DNA from: Octopus sinensis | Lineage: Eukaryota | Assembly: GCF_006345805.1 (NCBI RefSeq) | Contig: NC_043013.1 | Coordinates: 186,001 to 250,000 of the forward strand | Length of the DNA: 64,000 nt | Direction: 5' to 3' | In this document: in pieces, positions 24,522 through 37,622 of the stretch | Layout: each line of letters starts with the position of its first letter | Position numbering within the stretch: the first letter of the stretch is position 1 | The notes under the pieces: model-generated | The model's database searches: none | Seen by the model: the letters and a program-made list of their open reading frames with translations, nothing else | Told to the model about the DNA's origin: nothing | Made by a program: the position numbers and the translations under genes

Positions 24522-25959
24522 TCGTGCCGTGCCTTGCTGAGTCTAGACTCATTCGTCCCTTGTCGTGCCGTGCCGTGCCTTGCTGAGTCTAGACTCATTC
24601 GTCCCTTGTTGTGCCGTGCAGTGCCTTGCTGAGTCTAGACTCATTCGTCCCTTGTCGTGCCGTGCCGTGCCTTGCTGAGTCTAGACTCATTCGTCCTTGT
24701 CGTGCCGTGCATTGCTGAGCCTAGACTCATTCGTCCCTTGTCCTGCCGTGCCGTGCCTTGCTGAGTCTAGACTCATTCGTCCCTTGTCGTGCCGCGCCGT
24801 GCCTTGCTGAGTCTAGACTCATTCGTCCCTTGTCGTGCTGTGCCGTGCCTTGCTGAGTCTAGACTCATTCGTCCCTTGTCGTCCCGTGCCTTGCTGAGCC
24901 TAGACTCATTCGTCCCTTGTCGTGCCGTGCCGTGCCTTGCTGAGTCTAGACTCATTCGTCCCTTGTCGTGCCGTGCCATGCCTTGCTGAGTCTAGACTCA
25001 TTCGTCCCTTGTCGTGCCGTGCCGTGCCTTGCTGAGTCTAGACTCATTCGTCCCTTGTCGTGCCGTGCCATGCCTTGCTGAGTCTAGACTCATTCGCCCC
25101 TTGTCATGCCGTGCCGTGCCTTGCTGAGTCTAGACTCATTCGTCCCTTGTCGTGCCGTGCCTTGCTGAGTCTAGACTCATTCGTCCCTTGTCGTGCCGTG
25201 CCTTGCTGAGCCTAGACTCATTCGTCCCTTGTCGTGCCGTGCCGTGCCTTGCTGAGTCTAGACTCATTCGTCCCTTGTCGTGCCGTGCCTTGCTGAGCCT
25301 AGACTCATTCGTCCCTTGTCGTGCCGTGCCTTGCTGAGTCTAGACTCATTCGTCCCTTGTCGTGCCGTGCCGTGCTGAGTCTAGACTCATTCGTCCCTTG
25401 TCGTGCCGTGCCGTGCTTTGCTGAGTCTAGACTCATTCGTCCCTTGTCGTGCCGTGCCATGCCTTGCTGAGTCTAGACTCATTCGTCCCTTGTCGTGCCG
25501 TGCCGTGCCTTGCTGAGTCTAGACTCATTCGCCCCTTGTTGTGCCGTGCCGTGCCTTGCTGAGTCTAGACTCATTCGTCCCTTGTCGTGCCGTGCCGTGC
25601 CTTGCTGAGTCTAGACTAATTCGTCCCTTGTCGTGCCGTGCCATGCCTTGCTGAGTCTAGACTCATTCGTCCCTTGTCGTGCTGTGCCGTGCCTTGCTGA
25701 GTCTAGACTCATTCGCCCCTTGTTGTGCCGTGCCGTGCCTTGCTGAGTCTAGACTCATTCGTCCCTTGTCGTGCCGTGCCGTGCCTTGCTGAGTCTAGAC
25801 TCATTTGTCCCTTGTCGTGCCGTGCCGTGCTGAGTCTAGACTCATTCGTCCTTTGTCGTGCCGTGCCGTGCCTTGCTGAGTCTAGACTCATTCGTCCCTT
25901 GTCGTGCCGTGCCGTGCCTTGCTGAGTCTAGACTCATTCGTCCCTTGTCGTGCTGTGCC
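24522..25959. repeat. homogeneous satellite, 32 units of 41-46 bp
   Basis: gctgagtctagactcattcgtcccttgtcgtgccgtgccgtgcctt; length varies mainly by one GTGCC pentamer; 14-bp palindrome tgagtctagactca in most units. Confidence 0.95.
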
Positions 25960-26720
25960 GAGTTAAGGCTCCATTCCTGTCTTGTCATGCCATTTTGAGT
26001 CAAGGCAGTTTGATAAAACTTTCCTTCCTGTCATGCTGGGCCGTGCTGAGTTAAGGCTCCTTTGACTCCCATTATGCAGTTCTGAGTTAAGGCTCCTTAG
26101 CCCTGTGCAGAGATAAGGTCCCTCACCGTCGTGCTGTACCGTCTAGAGTTAAGGCTCCTTCCCGTCGGGTTGTGCCATGTCTTGTTAAGTTTCCTCCCCA
26201 TCGTGCCGTTCCAAGTGAAGGCTTCTTCCCGTCATGTCGTGCCATTCCGTGTCAAGGCTTCTTTCCATCGTGCAGTGCCGAGTTAAGGCAGTTTGCCAAA
26301 ATTTGTCCTTCCCAACATACCCTGCCATCTCGAGTTAATGATCCTTCCCATTGCGCCGCGCCGTGGGGACATGAACCACCTCCCCGTCGTGATGTTCGGA
26401 GCTAATGCTCCATCCTGTCGTGCCGTGCCATGCCAAATTTAGGCTCATTCATCTCGTGTCGCACCGTGCCAAGTTAAAGCTCATTTCTCCCGTGTCATGC
26501 CGTTCCGAGTTAAGGCAGGTTGATAAAACTTTCCTTCATGTGATGCCGTGACATGTTAAGGCTCCTTTCCCCCGTGTCGTGCCGTGCCAAGTTAAGGCTG
26601 CTTCCTGTCGTTTTCTGCAGTTCCTTGTTAAAGCTCCTTCCCGTCGTGCCGTGCCGTTCCAACTTAAGGTTCCTTTCCCCCGTGTCGTGCCGTTCCTAGT
26701 TAAGGCTTTCCATGTTGTGC
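25960..26720. repeat. diverged right flank of satellite
   Basis: return to gagttaaggctc-type units. Confidence 0.75.
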
Positions 26721-27378
26721 CGATTTCTTAAAGCGTCCTGAGAGTGTGAATGAAGGAAATGAAGAAACGTTTTGTCCGGTGTACCTAATATGTGCTACTT
26801 CGGCTTTTGGTTACGCATCCAACTTATTGAATAATCACGTGAATGCTTTTATGGAAAGTTACATATAAACGCTGTTGAACATTGAATTCAAGGAATTTAG
26901 TCGAGTAGCAAATCTATTTATTTATTTTTACACTGGAAGAGTTGATAATGTGATGGCGGTTAGGAGGCAGTAAGTCTGAAATTACTGTCTCCTTGGCCAA
27001 AACTAATATATGCATGCGTGCGTGCGTGTGTGTGTGTGGGGGGGGAATGAGAAATACCAAAGTTTATCATTTTGAAATTGTATCATAACCTCCGGCCCTA
27101 TCCACACACACACACACACACACACGCAAGTATCGGTTGTCTTTTTACAATTGTACCACAGCCTTATCGCTCCTCTCCCACCCCCACCGCGCACACACAC
27201 CAAAGAAACAATGTTACACTGTCGCGCAGTGAATCAGGCTTTTATCAGGAGACACATGACAAAGGTTAGGGCTGATAGTCCTCACACGATTTAGCCCTAG
27301 GTCAACCATGAATGAGCAGACCTAAGACTGAAGGCATTATATCTATGGCCATCCCATTTTTCACTAAGGCTATGTAGG

Positions 27379-27780
27379 GATCTTTTCGGTTTGAACGGCA
27401 GTTTTTAACATAATTTCTAGGTAACTAAAAAATTTTAAACTTCGTATACTGGTAGAATTTGTTTATAAAACATCTTTTTCTCTTGGCTTTCTTGAGAAAA
27501 TTCTATAGTTTGTAAGATATTTGTTGGTTTTTTTCTTCAATTTCTGCAATTTCAACCAATCAATGACGTCTATTGAGGTGAAAACATTCTGTGCCGTATG
27601 AATATGTCCCTCGTTTAAGAAACAGATTGGGTTTATTTACATTTGTGAAGAAAAAAATGATACCCTCCCCCCAACCCTAAAACAGATTGAAATGCAATAG
27701 ATCGATACTAGGGTCATAATTATGGGTGACAATTTCATATGACACCGCTAGAAAAAACTGCCGTTCAAACCGAAAAGCTC
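27379..27780. mobile_element. non-autonomous DNA transposon (MITE), ~28-bp TIRs
   Basis: gatcttttcggtttgaacggcagttttt / aaaaaactgccgttcaaaccgaaaagctc; second copy at 31881-32331 in opposite orientation. Confidence 0.85.
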
Positions 27781-28502
27781 TCTATGGGTAGGACTACATC
27801 GTCTAATATTTTTTTGCTTTTTGTTTTATTTATTATAGATGCAGTTTGAAGTTGATTTGGCTGGTCTTTCTAGCAGGTTCAGCATTTGCATAAAGGCTCA
27901 TTCGATAACTTGCAAAGTTAAAGTTGATAGTAGTCTTTAGACTGGATTAGCCTCGATCGTGCAGCCCTGGACGCAAAACTCTTGACTGTGTCGCCGTTTA
28001 GTCTTGATCTATATTATCACACGAAGCTATCCTTATTTAACGCGTTAAGATGTGTGTTAATCGAGGGAGATTTGGCTGCTATTTGCTTCAAGTCAGCATC
28101 TGCCACTCCACCGTTACTTTTCTCTCCGAATGAAGCTCAAACTTGCTGTTTTCTCTTCAAGCAAAGGTTGAAAGAGAAAACTGTTTTCAGTTCTTTTCAT
28201 TTTGTCCGCCACAGAACGTCTCCCACCATAGCCACAAACCAGACGTCCTGCTCGCTCAAAGGAAGGCTGTGGAACTTTACAATGGATTCAAACGAGAGCC
28301 TGATCTGTTCTATACATGGACACGTCCTCTGCGTGGAGGATGTTAACGCCAAATGAACTGCCTGATTAATTTGAAGTCAAAATGAAACGATTGAATGCAG
28401 CTGTTTGGGATGCTGGCGATTTGGTATTGCTGACGGTCACTGAACCTGATTTGGCGAGGCAAATACACATGCGCGCAAAGAAATATACACATGGAGATGG
28501 AG

Positions 28503-28504
<2 letters not shown>

Positions 28505-28580
<76 letters not shown>
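28505..28580. repeat. (GA)n microsatellite
   Basis: direct reading. Confidence 0.95.
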
Positions 28581-28583
<3 letters not shown>

Positions 28584-28869
28584 GAGGTAGAGAAAGACAC
28601 TACAATTTATGAATTGAAAACGATTGGCATAAACACTTTCCCTCTCTTCATATACATAAAGAGAAATATTCTCACACATATAAACAGAGGGAGAGAGGGG
28701 GAAGTTGAGAGAGAAAAAGAGAATGGGAGAAACATTAAAAAGTTTGATGTCAAATAAGTCAGCGTCAAATCAACAACGCCGAGTAGGTGACGCCAAAACG
28801 GCTGTGCCATGACGTCTCCTTCCCTGATGGAAAATGTTTCTTTCACGAGAAGCAACGAAATCGACTACA

Positions 28870-29540
28870 ATCCGGTCCGACGAAAACTTGAGATATGAGA
28901 CTCAGGCGGCGATGATACAATGGAGGCGATGTATGGATTCATCACCTCTTTCCGCTTTTCTAAGGATAGCTTCTCAGCCCATTTCTAGATGAGACTGATC
29001 ACCCTGCTTATAACTTTGTCCAAATTCCTATCCATCTGTAGCTTAATGGCTCATGCGTCCATCGCCTTATGATGCTGTGTAACGGCATGGACTTGGTTTT
29101 TCTAAGAGCCAAGATGCAAGCCTATTGACTTGTTAATAACATTTTGGTGAAGATACTAGCAAAAATATTGGCGTTTGTCATCGAAGATATGTTCGGGAAG
29201 GCACAGACATACGCGGTCACGAGTAAATCTATCCATTACAACCTCCACTTCATGCGACTATTTCAATTTCGGTGGTGTCCGACACCATTATGGTGATGTC
29301 GTCTGCATCTGCCGAGAAGGTTCATCTGCATCCCAGTTTGAATGGGATGCTTCTCAATACCTCCAATTTCCGCCTTAATGGTTCGAGGGCCAGTGCATAC
29401 AGAAGGAAGAGGTCGTCTCTGACAGTCTGAGTGAGTGATTTGAAACACCTCCGATGGGTGGCCATTTAATCTGACATTCAATAGATGGCGCTACGCATAG
29501 AAATGACCCAACGCCTAAACTATTTCTCGAAAACCGCACA
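28870..29540 (-). mobile_element. L1/Tx1-clade RT fragment
   Basis: VRLNGHPSEVFQITHS...PFKLG...ADDITIMVSDTTEIE; related to 9440-11000. Confidence 0.7.
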
Positions 29541-29999
29541 GATCTACTTTGAAACGAGTAACCCTAACCCAACCTGGATCACTAAACACAAAATTATGGC
29601 TTTGCAGTCATGTCGCATCTCTACTTTCGGAATTCGTTGAATGATTTTCATTCTCTCTTGTTTTAGAACATGCACTTTAGCTTTGAAAATTCAACCTATG
29701 AATTTCGCGTTAAAGAAATGGCCAAGAGTCATTCTCACCTCCAGTACTGAGGTCACGGTGTCTTTCTTAATCCCTTCTGCTAATTCGTTTATTAGTTTCT
29801 TCTCTAATTTATTTTTCTTTGTCTTTCATCTTAGCTAAACTTTCTCTAATCTTCATCTTGCGGGTGCCCTACCACCAATTGTCGATAATTGCCCCGTCAA
29901 CATCCGCCTAACTAGTTCACCAATTCGGTCAACGTAGGTTTTGCGTGCCGGAATCAAAGCGTTTAGCTTCAGTTTGCAGGATCTTTGTTTATGCATCCT

Positions 30000-30480
30000 A
30001 ACTTTGTGAAAATCGCAAATGTGTGGTCTGCGTGACTGGCTAGAGTTTAAATAATGGACACTACTCTATCTTTGTCTGCTGAGCAAACAAACACCTTATC
30101 TAGACACGATCTAGATGACCAGACGCAGTTGCTTGATGCACACACTAAGTCATTGAGCGAGAAATCCTATCTGTAACTTTCAGGCAATTGAAGCAGCCTA
30201 AACAGGTTTGTGAGGACTTTAAACCCTTTCACCCATTGACTAAGGATCCAGACTTGTCCCAGCTTGTGTCTAAAATATCAAACCAGTCTCCACTAGTAAT
30301 AAAAAGCTGAATAGTTTCAAGAAAGTGTCCAGATGCTAGGAGAAATCCAGTTGCACGTCTTAGTGGGACCACAAATGGCCTCTAGCCAAAAGCACAAAAG
30401 CACAGCTGCTGTTCTCGTCTAGCAGCATCAGCATGTCATCCTTAAGCAAGAATATTATTGACAGTGACTTCGAAGTTTCG
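30000..30480 (+). mobile_element. possible L1/Tx1 AP-endonuclease fragment
   Basis: degenerate LNVCGL-like start and GRLVV-like segment; many stops. Confidence 0.4.
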
Positions 30481-31239
30481 GCCAACTAAGCCATCGTCGA
30501 ACTGTGGTGCATTGAAGATAATCTTGTTTATATAGTCTCTGTTGAGAAACAATCTTCCTTGGGTGAGTTTCAGTTGAATGCTAATTACAATGTAGGGTGG
30601 GTTTTGACGGAGAGGCGTTTTGAAGCAATTTTTATTAAATTTGGGTTATGTTATTGTTCAGAATTTATTCATGCATGGGCAACTTTGTAGACATTTCAGG
30701 TGTGTAGACATGTTAGGTGTGTCAGTTTTAGGTCATGGGATTGTTTTGTTTTGTTTCTTGTTAGTGGTTCACAAAATGGACGTAGATAGGTATAGGAAAT
30801 TTTCGGGTCAGCGGATATACCAGTAGTTTAATTTTAGAGGCGTTTTCTTTTGTCACATATCTCTGTCATGTACATTTTTCTCTACGTCATGTGTGGCAAT
30901 CTCTCCCTCAACATTCAGAATGCTAACAAAAGAATTGCCGACGATCTCATTTGCAGCAATAAAAAAAAGACTTCTCTTCATTGAAAAGCCTTCTTTTCCT
31001 CATTTGAAAAATTATGTGTTGTTGCTATTAATTGTAGAGTTAAAATTGTTCAAATTAATGTTCTAAGACGTTAAAATACCATTACATTTTCATTTCCCTG
31101 TATTTTGAAAATCCACAACATAAGGCGTAGAACCACAAATTAAGAGAGGCCCGGATGACAACCCGAGTTTCCGGTAACTCCAGTCGGGGCTGATTCCACC
31201 CATATGTTTTGGATCCATCATTCTCATTACGATAATCTT

Positions 31240-31790
31240 TATTAGGGTGTGTTTATAGTAAGCATTTGAGGCATTTGGAACGATTCCATCAATATTGTCT
31301 TAGGAAAATTCTTGGGATAAATTGGAGAATGACGATCAGTGATGTAGAGGTACTTGAGAGAAGTTGTAGTCGGAGTGTGGAGCTGATCGTTGTTTGAGAT
31401 TAGGTGGAAATCGGGTGAGAAAGAATGATAAAAGTCTTCATAAGCAACTGCTGTATGGTGAGCTGCAAATTGTAAAAGGCTAGCGTATAAACACAAAATG
31501 AGGTTCAAAGACTGCCTTAAAACTGCTTGGACACAGACAGGAATTTCAGATGTTAATTGGGAGAGAGAAGCACAAGATCGAAGTGGATGGAGGGAACGAG
31601 TGCTGAGGGGTCGTTCGGAAATTGAAAGAGAGAAAATGAAGCACGAGTAGATTAAGAGAAGGCTTAGAAAGAATGAACCTGTGGAGAATGGGGGACTGTT
31701 GCTTTTTATGTGTGTGATTTGTGGGAGGAAATGCTTGAGCCATATAGACCTGGTCAGCCATCAGAGAAGACACAGGAATCGAACCCCCTT
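31240..31790 (+). mobile_element. RTE-BovB LINE 3' end
   Basis: HLRHLERFHQYCLRKILGINWR...KQLLYGEL...RFKDCLK...WEREAQDRSGWR...CVICGRKCLSHIDLVSHQRRH. Confidence 0.85.
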
Positions 31791-31880
31791 GTAAATTGCG
31801 ATACGGCTATTGTGCAACCTGTGGAATGGTGTGACTTTCAGTTGGAGGATTGAAAAGGCAAAAGATTTCATACTGTGACA

Positions 31881-32331
31881 CCGGTGGATCTTTTCGGTTT
31901 GAACGGCAGTTTTTTCTAGCGGTGTCATATGAAATTGTCACCCATAATTATGACCCTAGTATCGATCTATTGCATTTCAATCTGTTTTAGGGTTAGGGTT
32001 AGAGTTAGGGTTAGTTAGGGTTAGGGGTGGGGAGAAGGGTATCTTTTTTTCTTCACAAATGTAAATAAACCCAATCTGTTTCTTAAACGAGGGACATATT
32101 CATACGGCACAGAATGTTTTCACCTCAATAGACGTCACTGATTGGTTGAAATTGCCGAAATGCAAGAAATTAAACAACAAATATGTTACAAACTACAGAA
32201 TTTTCTCAAGAAAGCCAAGAGAAAAAGATGTTTTATGAACACATTCTACCAGTATACGAAGTTTAAAAGTGTTTAGTTACGTGGAAATTATAAAAAAAAA
32301 CTGCCAGTCAAAGCGAAAAGATCGGCACCGG
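31881..32331. mobile_element. MITE, second copy, with internal (TTAGGG)n-like tract
   Basis: same TIR and body as 27379-27780 in reverse; ttagggttagggttagagttagggttagttagggttaggg at ~31987-32025. Confidence 0.85.
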
Positions 32332-33299
32332 TTCCTTCTGCCAGCCAGCACAGATGTGCATTAATTATGTCTTAGAATTTGCCAATCTTTGGCTGGGCTC
32401 AGGAGTCATAGAACGGACTCACACTGCGTCACCAATGACTCATTTCAACTATTCTCTCTAGCAATGGCTTTGCTCGTGTATGAGAAAGCAAGCACGATAC
32501 ATTCATGTATATGTATATGAGTAAATAAGTGTATATGTATATTTATGTGTGTATATATATCCTCATATATAATGTATATATGTGTGTACGTGTGTGTGTG
32601 TACGTGTGGAGAGAGAGAATCAAAGGTTATCTTTTTGCAATTGTATCACAGCCTTATCAAATTACACACACACACACGCACACACACGCACGCACACGCA
32701 CGCACACGCACACACACGCACACACACGCACACACACGCACGCACACGCACTCATACAGATACGCGTTTGACAGTGTATAAATGAGCGCGCGCGCGCGTA
32801 CAACAATGGAAAAATGTATATACCTTTATCGGGTAATATCAAATATTTTCTTTTTCACAAGTGTATCACAGCTTTATCATGCAAACGCACACACGTACAC
32901 ACACGCGCACACTGACACACACACACACACACACACACACACTTACATTTACATATACATGTATACACACACACACACACAGAAATACACACTTATGTAC
33001 ACGAATCAAAAACTTTTCTTTTAAAGCCGTGTTACGCTGTCACGCAGCGTTCACAGTTTTTGATAAAACACAAGCCTGAATGAATCAGGCGCTTATCACA
33101 GATTCCAGTGTTAAAGGTTCAACAGTGAAATTTAAGGTTATCTGTGGCGTGACTTGGTCGACATGTCGCATTTTTTATAACCTGGGTTCAACCTTAAGTG
33201 AAGCAATACTATGTCCATAGTTGTTCCAACACTGACCATCCTACCTTTTTGCATCTTAAGTACCCCATTATCAGGTCTAGCCTTCTTTATTTAAGAGTT

Positions 33300-34000
33300 G
33301 TGTGTGATTTAAGGAGAGAGACTTAGTTGTTATTTCTACCATAGGGGTTCTCAACTCAAGGCCCCCTATGATTATTATTCTATTATGGTGGAACCCCGTA
33401 GCCATTCGATGTTTAAAAACAAGGTTTCCAGATACTTCTTTCAAAATTCTTATTTTATTTTCCACTTTTCACACAGTAACTTGTGTCAAATGAATTAAGC
33501 AAAACGTTGGAGAAAGAAGCCTGCTTCTTGCAATAAACAAATCTAAATCCACACATTTTCTTGGACCCTTAATACATTTTTATGGGTCCCCACTTTACTA
33601 TTGTGCTTGTGTGTAACCCCCAAAATTTTAAATGGACCTCTATGGGTCATAGAGCATCCGATTGAGATCCTCTCTTCTTGCAGGTCAAGCGTGCTTGTAG
33701 CCGCTCTCTCATTAGAAAATGTACAAATTTTGTCAATCAAAGAAATTCCTAATTTTGCCTGAATAAAAGTATTGTTGGAGAGGGTACTAGATGAGAGTGT
33801 TATCAATATGCTGGGTGATGGTGTTGGTATCCTTCTCTGGTAAAGTCTGAAGGAAAAGGTTTCTGATGTTGCCCTACAATGTCTGAGATTACAGCAAGGA
33901 ATATTAACGCCCTATAATTCAGTGACGCGACATTGTTAATAATGATAATTTGAATTAGCCCAACCTTACATTGATTTTTCGTGGGAAGGAACATCCGATG
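33300..34000 (-). mobile_element. possible decayed L1-type RT fragment
   Basis: GPFKILGV and GGLELR motifs at L1-like spacing. Confidence 0.35.
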
Positions 34001-34087
34001 AAATGGAACACAGTGATTGATTTAAGTTTATTTTAGGACGAAGGCCGGTGTGTGTGTGTATGTATGTATAAATACCTGTTGAGACAG

Positions 34088-34620
34088 GTATGTCTCTACT
34101 CCCTGGAGCGAAGGCGGAAGAAGTATGCCTCTACTCCTTGGAGCGAAGGCGAGAGAGGTATGTCTCTACTCCCTGGAGCGAAAGTGGGAGAGGTATGCAG
34201 TAATATACATCTGGAAGATCCTGGAAGGAATTGTGCCACATTTTGGCATTGAAAGCTACACAAATGTCAGAATGGGTCGACACTGCACAGTGCCAAAGAT
34301 CCCAGCAATGCCATCGCGCTTCAGGACCAGTTACTGCAACAGCCTGGGTTTCAGGCGCCCATAGCTTTTTAATATTCTCTCAAAGAGTCTGAGGAACCTG
34401 CACAAAGTAGATGTAGGCGTTTTTACATCAAGGCTGGACCTCTTCCTGTCAGGAGTCTCAGACGAACCTACCTCAGGGCAAGAGGTGCAAATGAGGGTAG
34501 CTACATCAAACTCCATTCTTCATCAAGTATCACATATTAGAGGAGGATCTCAGTAATTACAGTGTAGCAAAACGGCGATGCTCCAGCATAGCCACAGCTC
34601 TGAGATGAAACTACAATATA
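34088..34620 (+). mobile_element. CR1-type LINE 3' end with a triplicated 35-bp 5' junction
   Basis: LYSLERRRERYAVIYIWKILEGIVP...YCNSLGFR; 34088-34192 is three 35-bp copies. Confidence 0.85.
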
Positions 34621-34719
34621 TATCTCAATTGGTGCACAGATGCAAGGACAGCTGTGTTTGAAGTAAAAGAACTCCATTTAATTTTTAAAATGTGATGAAG
34701 GCATTTTTGGTGGAATTGT

Positions 34720-37440
34720 TCAAACAGTTTAAAATACCTTTCATAACAAGTCCAAGATTCACAGGAATACAACAGGGACAGTAAGACAAATGATTTGTAA
34801 AGAGCCAGCTTTGTATTCTAATTTATATGCCGCTGGCACCAAATGCGTGACTCCAAACCACCAAATGCTTTTGCTGCACTTTGAATTCGCAGCTCTATTT
34901 CTGTTTCAAGATTTCCATAATTTTGAACAGAGCTTCCAAAGTAGAGGAACAAATCGACAACCTCAAGTAACTTTCCCTTAACAAAAGTTTTAGTGGGGTT
35001 ACAAACAGGACCACACGCAGGTTGATGCATTACAACTGTTTTTTTCAAGTTGATGGTGAAGCCAAAATCATCAAAAGCCGAGTCAAATGCAGATACAAGA
35101 AATTGGAGACCTGTTTCAGAATGACTGACAAGATCGCAATCGTCAGCATATAAAAGTTCCCAAATGAGTGAAGTTTTGTTTTGAATTTCAGTCTGGTCAG
35201 ATTAAAAACATTCCCTGTTGTTTGATATGTTATGTAAATATTCTCCTCGAAGTTTTGAAAAGCATGTGACAGCAAACTATATTGAAAAGAGGATGGGTGC
35301 ATCAAGGTCTCCTTGCTTTATTTCCTTTTCCACAGCAAAAGATTCAGAGAGCTTTCCACCAAAGTTAACTCTAGCTTTCATATCTTGATGCAAAGCCCTG
35401 ATCATGTTTACAAATTATTCTGGACAACCTATTTTTCTTAGAATTAGCCACAGAGCATTTCGATTAACAGTATCGAATGTTTCTCAAATCAACAAAGCAA
35501 TGGTATAGAGCAATATTCTGTTCAATGCACTTTTCTTGTAATTGTCTGACAGTAAAGATACAATCAGCTGTGCCCCTGGAGGAACGAAAACTACACTGAA
35601 ACTCAGACACTATATTTGGAACTATAAAGGTATTTAAACGTTCTAACAAAATGCGAGCAAGTACCTTTCCAACCACAGACAAAAGCAAAATCCCATGAAA
35701 ATTACCACACAGATCCTTTGGCCCCAATTTATACAAAGAGACTAAAATGGCATCAATCCAGTCTTGAGGCACTTTATCAGTTCTCCAACAGTGACAAATT
35801 AATATATTTAAGAGTTCAAACATTTTGTCAACCCCATATTTCAAGACTTCTGCACAGATTCCATCAGACTCTGGAGACTTATTGTTATTCAGCTTATTCA
35901 CAGCTAAATAAGTGTCATTTAGAGTTGGTTCAAATGCCATCTCTTCCATAACTGGAAGGTGTTCAATTTTTTTCTATCATCCTTATGTCAACGGATGATG
36001 GTCTATTCAAAAGTGTAGAAAAATGTTCTACCCAGTGCTTATGAATAGAAGCGGTGTCACTAGAGCTACTAAGGAAGATTTTGGGCCATATACCTCCTTA
36101 ACATAAGAGTACAAACCCTTGGCATCATTTCTATCCCCTGCGTCTTGTACCCCTTTTGCTCTATCATTCCACCATTCCTGTTTAATTTTCCTTAGATTAG
36201 TCTGCACTTTCCTTTTCAGCTTTCTGTAAGTTTCGTTTGACTTGGGGTTCAAGGATTGAGAAAGAAGTGTATTGACTAAGTTTTGTTTTTCTAAAAGTAG
36301 ATCATGAATTTCTGCTGATCTTTCTGAGAACCAGTCACTGGATTTATGAGATTTAATTCCCACTGATGAACTTGCTGCTTGAAATACTTTTGTTTTGAAA
36401 TCTTCCCATAGATTGTTTGGGTCAAGATTGATACTTTCCATAGCATTGTGGAATCTTTGCAAGTTGCTTGATAATTTAGAGTTTGCAACATTTAACTTTT
36501 TGGGTGCCTTAAGACCAGACTCTCGATTGTTAGGCATTATCAAAAAATTTATTTTTCCACGCACTAGACGATGGTCAGTCCAGCTCTCTGCCTCTCTCAT
36601 GACCCCAACGCTAGAAACGTCTTTCATATCACGTTTCCTGATCAGAATATAATCTATGAGATGCCAGTCCTTAGATCTTGGGTGCATTCAGGTGGTTTTA
36701 TATTTATTTTTCTGCTTAAACAGAGTGTTGGTGACAACCGATTATTCTCAGTACAAAACGTCAAAAGAGCTACTCCATCTTTATTGCATTTTCCAATCCC
36801 ATGTCGACCTAAAACAGGTCCCGAAACAGTCTTTTCCAACTTGAGAATTGAAATCTCCCAATACGACCAGCTTGTCAGAAATTGGTACTTTCCTCAATAA
36901 TTGTGCTAGATCGTCATAAAACTGTCCTACAGTTTCATCAGAATGGGACATTATTGGTGCATAAATACTGACAACAGTAAGAAACCTACCTTTTGTCAGT
37001 TTAATACGGCATGACATGATCCGTTCAGATATACCACTTGGAAGCTCTGCAATGGAGGATACCAATGTATTCTTGAGAGCAAACCCAACACCAGATTCTC
37101 TACGCTGACCCTCAGGTAGGCCTCTCCAAAAGACAGTACATTCATAAGTAGGTTCATTTACATGACCCTCGCCAGAGAGACGAGTTTCAGAGAGCGCAAC
37201 TATATGAAGGGAATATTTCTTGAGCTCACCTGCAATAAGTGCAGAACACCTTTCTGGCGGCCTCTTGCTGAAATTATCATCAAAAAGTGTGCGCACTTTC
37301 CAACACCCGAAATTGAAAGGATGCTTATCTTGAAGATTGTTTGACCACAATGGCAGGATGCCGGCCGGGTCCAGCCTTTGATACACTGGGACACCTGCCG
37401 AGCCAGACCTGTTCTCCTAAAGTTCCCAAGCCTTTTTTCC
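34720..37440 (-). mobile_element. RTE-BovB LINE, EN + RT, 3' part missing, frameshifted
   Basis: ORF 36781-37386 (WKVRTL...IVALSETRL...SIYAP...VLGDFN), 36028-36687 (WHLIDYIL...WTDHRLV), 35464-35949 (KSPESDGI...GILLLSVVGKVLARIL...FRSSRGTADCIF). Confidence 0.9.
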
Positions 37441-37451
37441 ACGCACACACG

Positions 37452-37511
<60 letters not shown>

Positions 37512-37584
37512 GGTTTGGCAAGTTTGTTAACGCTCGAAACTCCCAGCACTTTTTCTTTTTGAAACTCATGTCGCCAGGCAAGGT

Positions 37585-37622
<38 letters not shown>

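Noticed and set aside
24522-25959. CRISPR-like array of palindromic repeats
   Set aside because: No unique spacers; units are contiguous tandem copies; eukaryotic context with no cas genes
27982-28470. 124-aa ORF or exon near (GA)n
   Set aside because: No recognisable domain; overlaps a short dispersed repeat; no clear splice sites
31987-32025. True telomere or chromosome fusion site
   Set aside because: Only about six imperfect units, internal to a MITE
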